Assembly (NCBI GenBank): GCA_964495085.1
Contig: CAZBUK010000011.1
Location: forward strand, 844 to 64,843
Direction of reading: 5' to 3'
Length of the DNA: 64,000 bases
From: an uncultured Ignavibacteriales bacterium
Lineage (GTDB): Bacteria > Bacteroidota > Ignavibacteria > T3Sed10-11
Shown: positions 57,012 through 64,000 of the stretch, in pieces
Layout: every line of letters starts with the position of its first letter
How positions within the stretch are numbered: the first letter of the stretch is position 1
Position numbers and translations under genes: made by a program
The notes under the pieces: model-generated
Seen by the model: the letters and a program-made list of their open reading frames with translations, nothing else
Told to the model about the DNA's origin: nothing
The model's database searches: none

Positions 57012-58488
57012 CCTTATACTCATACCGGTTTTGTTGCCGCTCGTAACGGCAATTACGCAGCTGTTCTTTCTGAGAGTCAGAGCGGTACAGCGTCTCCTGA
57101 GCATAGTCTCGGCCGTTATCGTATCGGTAGCCGTTGTTGCATTGTACATCGCCGTCCGCAACGAGGGGATCGTCGTGTATCCGATGGGGAACTGGCCCGC
57201 GCCGTTCGGCATAGTGCTGGTTGCCGACCTCTTCGCCTGTTTCATGCTGTTTCTGTCGGCGCTCGCATCGTTCTCCATGTCGCTGTATGCATACTTCGAT
57301 CTCGACGAGCAGCGCGAAAAGCATGCGCATTTTCCGGTGTTCCAGCTTCTACTCATGGGAATCAACGGCGCATTTCTGACCGGAGATATTTTCAACCTGT
57401 TCGTTATGTACGAGGTAATGCTGATCGCCTCATACGTATTGCTTGCGCATGGGAGCAAAGCTCGTCAGCTCCGGGGATCGCTGCACTATGTCCTGATAAA
57501 TCTGTTCGGCTCCACGTTGTTCCTGCTCGCGATCGGCTTACTCTACGGGGTTGCCGGCACGCTCAACTTCGCCGATATTGCCGTTCACATGCAGGAAGCC
57601 GAACCTGCCTCCCGAACGCTGCTGCGGACAATCTCGATGCTGCTCTTTGTGGTCTTTGGTATTAAAACCGCGCTCGTCCCGCTCTTCTTCTGGATGCCCG
57701 ACGCCTATCCGCAACCGCCCGTCGCCACGGCGGCGATGTTCGCGGCTATTATGACAAAGGTCGGTGTCTATTCTATCATCAGAACGTTTACGCTTCTCTT
57801 TCCGGGCGACGAATTTACGCTCGGCGTCATAAAAATCGTTGCCGTCCTCTCGATGCTGATCGGGGTAATCGGCGCCATCGCGCAGACCAATTTCCGGAGA
57901 CTGCTGTCGTTTCACAGCGTGAGCCAGGTCGGCTTTATGGTTCTCGGGCTCGGATTCTATTCGCCGATGGCGATCGCAGGCTCCATCTATTTCGTCATGC
58001 ACCACAACATGATAAAATCGTCGCTCTTTCTCTGTTCGGGCATCGCCGAACGTTTGACGGGGAAGCGCGATATCAAGAAAATGGGGGGCATCGTAGAAGG
58101 CCACAAGTTCTATAGTTCGTTGTTTCTGATCGCGGCCTTTTCGCTCGCAGGCTTACCCCCCTTCAGCGGATTCTTTGCGAAGCTGATACTCCTGTTTGCC
58201 GGATTCGAATTACGGGAGTACTGGTACATCGCAGCTATGCTGGTCGGGAGTTTTCTGACGCTCTTCTCAATGGTGAAGATCTGGAGTATGGCGTACTGGG
58301 GCGAGCGGGAACAGCCGTTCCAGAAGACAAACGTGGGCCGGCTTTCTCTGGGAATCATCGTTCTTGTGGGTACGTCGATGCTGTTGGCGATGTTCATACA
58401 GCCTGTTTACGAGAGGGCATTGGAAGCTGGTAACCAATTGCTCGATCGCTCCCCATATATAGAGGCAGTATTGGAGGTGACGAGATGA
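56992..58488 (+). CDS. mrpD: Cation/proton antiporter subunit D (NuoN/ND2-like)
   Basis: 498-aa polytopic NuoM/N-like (FFWMPDAYPQPPVATAAMFAAIMTKVGVYSII). Confidence 0.88.
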   Translation: MPQMRNNLILIPVLLPLVTAITQLFFLRVRAVQRLLSIVSAVIVSVAVVALYIAVRNEGIVVYPMGNWPAPFGIVLVADLFACFMLFLSALASFSMSLYAYFDLDEQREKHAHFPVFQLLLMGINGAFLTGDIFNLFVMYEVMLIASYVLLAHGSKARQLRGSLHYVLINLFGSTLFLLAIGLLYGVAGTLNFADIAVHMQEAEPASRTLLRTISMLLFVVFGIKTALVPLFFWMPDAYPQPPVATAAMFAAIMTKVGVYSIIRTFTLLFPGDEFTLGVIKIVAVLSMLIGVIGAIAQTNFRRLLSFHSVSQVGFMVLGLGFYSPMAIAGSIYFVMHHNMIKSSLFLCSGIAERLTGKRDIKKMGGIVEGHKFYSSLFLIAAFSLAGLPPFSGFFAKLILLFAGFELREYWYIAAMLVGSFLTLFSMVKIWSMAYWGEREQPFQKTNVGRLSLGIIVLVGTSMLLAMFIQPVYERALEAGNQLLDRSPYIEAVLEVTR

Positions 58489-58970
58489 GAATCGGCCGTG
58501 TCATTATGGTGGTGCTGCTCGCCTTTACCTGGTGTATGCTGAATAAAAGCATCGACCCGGCAACGTTCGTCGTCGGGATACTGCTCGGTTGGGCGAGCAC
58601 GGCATTATTCCATGGTCTATCGCCATACGAGCCGTTCAGGATCAATTTATGGGAGGGATTCAAACTGCTCGTGGTCTTTACCTATGAGATGATATGGGCG
58701 AATTTCCAGATCGCCTTCATCATTCTCTCTCCCAAGCTGCACATACGCCCCGGCATAATAGAATATCCCGTAGAGCTTCGCAACGAAGGCGCGATCGTTC
58801 TGTTCGCCAGCATGGTATCGCTGACGCCCGGCACGCTCAGCGTCGATATTTCCCAGGATAGAAAATTCATCTATATCCATGCGATGATCATCGACTCGCC
58901 GGAATCGCTGAAGGCCGAAATCAAAAAAACCTTCGAATCGCGGATACAAAAAATGCTGAAGGAGGCGTGA
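58485..58970 (+). CDS. mrpE: Cation/proton antiporter subunit E
   Basis: 161 aa, operon position, MnhE-like pattern. Confidence 0.75.
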   Translation: MRIGRVIMVVLLAFTWCMLNKSIDPATFVVGILLGWASTALFHGLSPYEPFRINLWEGFKLLVVFTYEMIWANFQIAFIILSPKLHIRPGIIEYPVELRNEGAIVLFASMVSLTPGTLSVDISQDRKFIYIHAMIIDSPESLKAEIKKTFESRIQKMLKEA

Positions 58971-59248
58971 AAAACCCTATGGTTGAAACGACATCGATTA
59001 TCGGCATGATACTCATCGGGGTCTCGATCCTCCTCTGTGTGTGGAGAATCTTTGTCGGCCCGACGACCCCCGACAGAACGATCGCGTTTGATACCATAGC
59101 GGTGAACGTACTGGCGTTCATTGTCCTGCTGTCGATCTCTCAGAATACAAACATCTATTTCGACGCGGTGCTGATCATCGCAGTGATAGCCTTCGTGGGT
59201 ACGGTCGCCATCGCAAAATATCTTATCAAAGGAGATATAATCGAATGA
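58967..59248 (+). CDS. mrpF: Cation/proton antiporter subunit F
   Basis: 93-aa 3-TM protein, operon position. Confidence 0.75.
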   Translation: MKNPMVETTSIIGMILIGVSILLCVWRIFVGPTTPDRTIAFDTIAVNVLAFIVLLSISQNTNIYFDAVLIIAVIAFVGTVAIAKYLIKGDIIE

Positions 59249-59655
59249 ACCTGACCGAAATACTGGTAGTTTTTTTACTGGTGAACGGAATTTTCTTCGT
59301 TCTAACCGGGACGGTCGGTCTGATCCGGCTGCCGGATCTGTATAACCGCATGCACGCGCCGACCAAAGCCACCACGCTCGGCGTGAGCAGCATCATCCTC
59401 GCGTCCATCGTTCACTTCTACGGTCCGTTCCCACTGGAAGGATTAAAAGAGATACTTGCGATTACCTTCCTTTTCATGACGATGCCGGTAGGGGGACATA
59501 TGCTCGCGAAAGCGGCATATCACTCGAAAATTAAACTCTGGAAGGGCAGCGTCATCGACGAACGGGCAGGCAAACACGTGATCGGAGGAGAGGATATTGT
59601 CGGATTCGATGAAACGCTGAAATCCCGGGAGGTGGATGAAGACGATTCGTGGTGA
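59245..59655 (+). CDS. mrpG: Cation/proton antiporter subunit G
   Basis: MNLTEILVVFLLVNGIFFVLTGTVGLIRLPDLYNRMHAPTKATTLG is the characteristic MnhG N-terminus. Confidence 0.85.
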   Translation: MNLTEILVVFLLVNGIFFVLTGTVGLIRLPDLYNRMHAPTKATTLGVSSIILASIVHFYGPFPLEGLKEILAITFLFMTMPVGGHMLAKAAYHSKIKLWKGSVIDERAGKHVIGGEDIVGFDETLKSREVDEDDSW

Positions 59656-59874
59656 TACTTTCGATCTTATCCCCGTCTCCACGTGTTTGCCGCCGTTATC
59701 TTCTCAAATTCGGATTTCCATCACTCCTTCGCTCGGGGTAAATACCGTCGATCGGATGCTCAGAATTTCATCATATTGAATGGTAGTCTGGTAAAATAAT
59801 CCGGCTAACTTGCTTTTCTCCCCTTTCTTTCCGATTCTTAGGAGCCGATACTATATATATCTGAGAATGTCCCC

Positions 59875-62295
59875 ATGTTCAGGTCAGTTTCCCGGTTTTT
59901 TCCCCTCTCGTTTTTTCCCCTCCTTGCATTCATAATCGGATCGACTTTTTCGCAGGAGATTTACAGGATTCCACCGCAAGATATCGCTTCGATACTCGAT
60001 GCCCCGTCGCTTCCCTCAATGCAGGTTAGTCCTGACGGCAAGTACCTGTTGTTCGTTTATCGCCATACATATCCGGGAATCAGTGACCTAGCGGTACCTT
60101 TTATGAACCTTGCAGGAAGCAGGATAAATCCGCGAACGAACGGAAATTACTCGACCGCCGGAAGAATTCATTCGCTGGGCCTGAAGCCAATCGAGGGCGG
60201 AGAAGAGAGTATGATACGCCCGTCCGGCGAACCGCACATCGGCTCGATAATTTGGTCGCATAGAGGCGACAAATTCGCATTTACCAATACAACCGATCGG
60301 GGTGTCGAACTATGGATTACGGACATTCCATCAGGGAATTCGTTCCAGATCGGGGGATTATACCTCAATGATATCGGGTCTTCGACCTATCGATGGATGC
60401 CGGACGGACGGTCCATACTTGCGAGAATTATACCCGGAAACAGACCGCCGCGTCCGGAGTCGTCGGGTATCCCAGCAGGTCCGATTCTACAGGATGCCGA
60501 CGGCAGGCCTGCACCCGCCCGAACATATCGGAATCTTCTCGGAAATCCTGAAGACGAACTATTATACGAATATTATTTTACCTCTCAGCTTGTCCTCATA
60601 GACGTTACAGACGGTACGTTCATGCCTGTCGGAGAACCGGCGGTTTATCGTGATTTAGTAGTCTCTCCGGACGGTCGCTTTATACTCGTCAGCCTGATCG
60701 AGAGGCCGTATTCATATCTCGTTCCGGCATCGAGATTCCCGTACCGGACCGAAATATGGTCGACGGCAGGTGAGTTTGTCAGGCATATCACGTCGGTTCC
60801 GCTCGGCGAGAATATACCACTGTTCGGTGTCGTCACACAGCCGAGGTCGTTCGTCTGGAATCCATCGGAGGACTCGCAACTATTATATGTACAGGCGCTC
60901 GATGAAGGCGATCCGCAGAAGGATGCAGCATACCGGGATGCCGTCTATCTCCTCGATGCCCCCTTTGATGGACAGCCGGTCGAGCTCATGAAACTCGGAT
61001 ACCGACACCAGAGAATTATCTGGGGAAGGGATTTTGCTCTCATTAATGAATTCGATCTTCCGACCCGCAGAGTACGGACCTGGTTGCTATCGCCGGTTTC
61101 AGGCGACGGCGAACGAGTGCTGCTCTTCGACCGGGATTCGCAGGACCGTTATAATGATCCGGGGATACCGCTGCTCACCCATGATGCTCGAGGATCCATC
61201 CTGTGCATCCTCGGTGAAGACGGCAATACGATTTTTCTCGCCGGCGAGGGCGCGTCGCCGAGAGGAGATCGTCCGTTCCTCGATGCATTCAATCTGAGCG
61301 ACCGGAGCACTGTCCGATTATGGCAGACCGGCGACGACCGGTATGAACGGGTCGTGGAGATGCTGGATAATCGCGGAGCTTCGGTCGTAACGCAGCGGGA
61401 AACGGTTACCGAGCCTCCGAATTATTATCTCCGCGATTTCCTGTCAGGCGGCGAACGCAGATTGACGGACTTCGCCGATCCGCATCCCCAGTTGACGGGC
61501 ATCTCACGGCGGCTCATAACGTACCGGAGAGACGACGGCATCGATCTATCGGCGATATTGTTTTTGCCGCCGGAACATCGCGATGGAGATACGCATCCGC
61601 TGGTGGTCTGGGTGTATCCATCGGATTATGTATCTCCCGATGCAGCGAGTCAGGTTCGCGGGAATCCGAATCAATTCACATTCCTTCGCGGTGCAACTCA
61701 CCTCTTCTTCCTTTTACGCGGATATGCGATACTCGACGGACCGAGCCTGCCGATCATCGGAACGCACGGCAATGATACGTATACGGAACAGCTCGTCGCC
61801 GGCATGAAAGCAGCACTCGAGAAGGTCGTCGAATTGGGAGTGGCGGATACCTCGCGTATGGGAATCGGCGGGCATAGCTATGGTGCGTTTTCAACGGTGA
61901 ACCTGCTCATACATACGGATTATTTCAAGGCAGGAATCGCACGCAGCGGCGCGTACAACAGAACGCTTACCCCGTTCGGATTTCAGGCGGAGAGACGTAC
62001 TTTCTGGGAAGCCCCGGATACCTATATGAGGGTCTCTCCCTTCGCACTTGCGGATAAGATCAGGCGTCCGCTCCTTATAATTCACGGCATGGATGACAGT
62101 AATTCAGGAACATTTCCTATCCAATCGGAACGTTTATTTCACGCGATCCGGGGCCTCGGTGGAATTGCGCAATATGTTCAATATCCGTACGAGGATCATG
62201 GCTACCGCGCACGGGAGACGGTCGGAGACGCGGTCTACCGGATGCTCGATTGGTTCGATCGCTATGTCCTTCGGACCGGTTATACCTCCGAATAA
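59875..62295 (+). CDS. Exported S9-family serine peptidase (prolyl oligopeptidase/dipeptidyl-peptidase type; N-terminal beta-propeller + alpha/beta-hydrolase)
   Basis: Signal peptide. Nucleophile elbow GIGGHSYGAF. Downstream Asp/His region (IIHGMDDSN..YEDHGY). Confidence 0.82.
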   Translation: MFRSVSRFFPLSFFPLLAFIIGSTFSQEIYRIPPQDIASILDAPSLPSMQVSPDGKYLLFVYRHTYPGISDLAVPFMNLAGSRINPRTNGNYSTAGRIHSLGLKPIEGGEESMIRPSGEPHIGSIIWSHRGDKFAFTNTTDRGVELWITDIPSGNSFQIGGLYLNDIGSSTYRWMPDGRSILARIIPGNRPPRPESSGIPAGPILQDADGRPAPARTYRNLLGNPEDELLYEYYFTSQLVLIDVTDGTFMPVGEPAVYRDLVVSPDGRFILVSLIERPYSYLVPASRFPYRTEIWSTAGEFVRHITSVPLGENIPLFGVVTQPRSFVWNPSEDSQLLYVQALDEGDPQKDAAYRDAVYLLDAPFDGQPVELMKLGYRHQRIIWGRDFALINEFDLPTRRVRTWLLSPVSGDGERVLLFDRDSQDRYNDPGIPLLTHDARGSILCILGEDGNTIFLAGEGASPRGDRPFLDAFNLSDRSTVRLWQTGDDRYERVVEMLDNRGASVVTQRETVTEPPNYYLRDFLSGGERRLTDFADPHPQLTGISRRLITYRRDDGIDLSAILFLPPEHRDGDTHPLVVWVYPSDYVSPDAASQVRGNPNQFTFLRGATHLFFLLRGYAILDGPSLPIIGTHGNDTYTEQLVAGMKAALEKVVELGVADTSRMGIGGHSYGAFSTVNLLIHTDYFKAGIARSGAYNRTLTPFGFQAERRTFWEAPDTYMRVSPFALADKIRRPLLIIHGMDDSNSGTFPIQSERLFHAIRGLGGIAQYVQYPYEDHGYRARETVGDAVYRMLDWFDRYVLRTGYTSE

Positions 62296-62346
62296 GGTTG
62301 TACAGCTGCACAGTGTCACTCGACTACATAATCACAGGAGAATACT

Positions 62347-64000
62347 ATGGGTATAGTCCAGCCCTTTTCGACGATTACGGAGATGTTTCTAAAAGTAACC
62401 GATACCTTCGCGGGCGACGACCGCCCGATGTACCGATACAAAAAGGAAGGGAAGTACCACGATATCAAATACGCCGAGATGCGCGCATGGGTCGAACACT
62501 TTGCATGCGGTCTCGCATCTCTCGGTTTGGGAAGGGGGGAACGGCTTGCGATCATTTCGGAAAACCGGCCGGAATGGGTTGTAGCCGATATGGGAACTCT
62601 CCTCCTCGGTGCAATCGACGTACCGCTGTATCCCACGCTTACTGCAAGCCAGGTGGAATATATACTCGAGAATTCCGAGTGCAAGATTGTAGTTGTATCG
62701 AACCAGTACCAGTTGAACAAGGTGCTCAAGATCAGGGATAATGTAAAATCTCTGCAGACGGTCATCGTCATGAACGAGATGCAGACTACCGAAAAGAATG
62801 TCCTTTCGATGTCCACCGTCGTCGAACGCGGAAAAGAAAATCAGACAAAACATGCGGATATCCTGGAGAAAACGAGGCAATCGATCGGACCCGAGGATAT
62901 ACTGACGATCATCTACACTTCGGGTACAACCGGAAATCCGAAGGGAGTCGTTTTGACGCACAATAATCTGGTTTCCAATATTACCGCATCTGTCACTGTC
63001 ATCAAGCTCGATGCAACGGATGAACTGTTGTCGTTTCTGCCGCTCTGTCATTCATTCGAACGAATGGCGGGGTATTATACGGCGATGGCTTGCGGCTCGA
63101 CGGTTTCTTATGCAGAGAATATCGATACGGTGCGGGATAATCTCATCGAAATCCGCCCGACCGTCGTTACCACAGTACCACGGTTATTCGAAAGGATTTT
63201 CTCTCGAATAAAAATGCAGGTCGAGAGCAGTCCCCCCGCCCGACAGAAGATATTCAACTGGGCCGTCGAAGTCGGCAGACAGTATGTAAAGGCGAGAAGG
63301 GAGGGGAGCGTCGGGCTTGTTCTGAAGGGACAACATGCGCTTGCGTCGAAGCTCGTATTCGCCAAATTGAAGGAACGTACCGGCGGACGGATCCGGTTTT
63401 TTGTCTCGGGCGGAGCTGCATTATCGCGGGAACTCGGCGAGTTCTTCGAATCCGTCGACATTATGATTATAGAAGGCTACGGACTGACCGAATCATCCCC
63501 GGTTATCAGCGCGAACCGCATCGACGACTATCGTTTCGGCACCGTCGGTAAACCGATTCCCGGAGTCGAGGTAAAGATCGCTCCCGACGGAGAAATACTT
63601 GCTCGCGGGCCCAATATTATGAAAGGATATTACAACGATAAAAAATCCACCGATGAAGCGGTCGACAAAGATGGCTGGCTTCATACCGGTGATATCGGTG
63701 TCTTCGATGCGGCCGGGCATCTCATGATCACCGATCGGAAGAAACATCTTTTTGTCAGTTCGGGGGGTAAAAACATCGCACCGCAACCGATTGAAAATAT
63801 CTTCCTGCAATCGAAGTATATCGACCAGTTTGTGCTCATCGGCGACCGAAGGATGTTCCTGAGCGCATTGATAGTGCCCGATTTCGACGCGCTCAAGGAA
63901 TACGCCGATTCCCACAGAATACCATATAAAACGAATGAGGACTTGACAGGCATCCCGGAAATACACAATCTGATCGATGAAGATATAAAAAAGCTGCAGA
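62347..64000 (+). CDS. Long-chain-fatty-acid--CoA ligase (AMP-dependent synthetase/ligase), 3'-truncated by the window edge
   Basis: AGGAG RBS. AMP-binding motif IYTSGTTGNPKGVVLTHNN and ..GYGLTESSP..GWLHTGDIG... The frame is still open at nt 64000. Not in the supplied ORF track because no stop lies in-window. Confidence 0.85.
   Translation, partial: MGIVQPFSTITEMFLKVTDTFAGDDRPMYRYKKEGKYHDIKYAEMRAWVEHFACGLASLGLGRGERLAIISENRPEWVVADMGTLLLGAIDVPLYPTLTASQVEYILENSECKIVVVSNQYQLNKVLKIRDNVKSLQTVIVMNEMQTTEKNVLSMSTVVERGKENQTKHADILEKTRQSIGPEDILTIIYTSGTTGNPKGVVLTHNNLVSNITASVTVIKLDATDELLSFLPLCHSFERMAGYYTAMACGSTVSYAENIDTVRDNLIEIRPTVVTTVPRLFERIFSRIKMQVESSPPARQKIFNWAVEVGRQYVKARREGSVGLVLKGQHALASKLVFAKLKERTGGRIRFFVSGGAALSRELGEFFESVDIMIIEGYGLTESSPVISANRIDDYRFGTVGKPIPGVEVKIAPDGEILARGPNIMKGYYNDKKSTDEAVDKDGWLHTGDIGVFDAAGHLMITDRKKHLFVSSGGKNIAPQPIENIFLQSKYIDQFVLIGDRRMFLSALIVPDFDALKEYADSHRIPYKTNEDLTGIPEIHNLIDEDIKKLQ

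Noticed and set aside
62389-63966. Three minus-strand ORFs (62389-63051, 63108-63461, 63493-63966) at the 3' end
   Set aside because: All are antisense to the clearly recognisable AMP-binding acyl-CoA ligase. Its frame has no stop in-window, so it was missing from the ORF track.

Overview
The window is a 64-kb chromosomal segment from a moderately GC-rich bacterium (mid-50s % by eye, not computed), almost certainly a member of the Fibrobacteres-Chlorobi-Bacteroidetes group. Two observations place it there. Four proteins end in a type-A T9SS (Por) C-terminal sorting domain. The primary sigma factor is the short (~285 aa) RpoD form that lacks region 1.1. Gene density is high and several genes start on TTG. 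About two thirds of the window is housekeeping: a partial PLP-dependent aromatic amino-acid decarboxylase at the 5' edge, psd-pssA, purS-purQ, tatA, gatA, sucD, ndk, deoB, rpoD, def-fmt, fbaB, purC, radC, spmAB, ampG, a tyrosine-phenol-lyase-like enzyme, a rhomboid protease, a SpoU methyltransferase, a complete mrpABCDEFG cation/proton antiporter operon, an S9 peptidase and a partial fadD-like acyl-CoA ligase at the 3' edge. The unusual part is an accessory island at roughly 27.6-50.7 kb. On its left flank lie a T9SS repeat protein and an exported TPR-CHAT caspase-like protein. A LuxR-type response regulator plus a receiver-only response regulator mark its left boundary, and a Reg_prop/Y_Y_Y HisKA_3 sensor kinase marks its right boundary. 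Inside are nine exported proteins. Four are tandem paralogues that share a conserved ~140-aa N-terminal domain and then diverge into phage-tail-fibre-like or Gly-rich beta-helix-like C-terminal regions. The others include a T9SS-sorted subtilisin (S8), a free-standing copy of that protease's own N-terminal pro-region encoded immediately upstream of it, and two further T9SS cargo proteins. I propose this signal-regulated surface/secretion locus as the candidate undescribed system. I found no tRNA or rRNA genes, CRISPR arrays, transposases or integrases.
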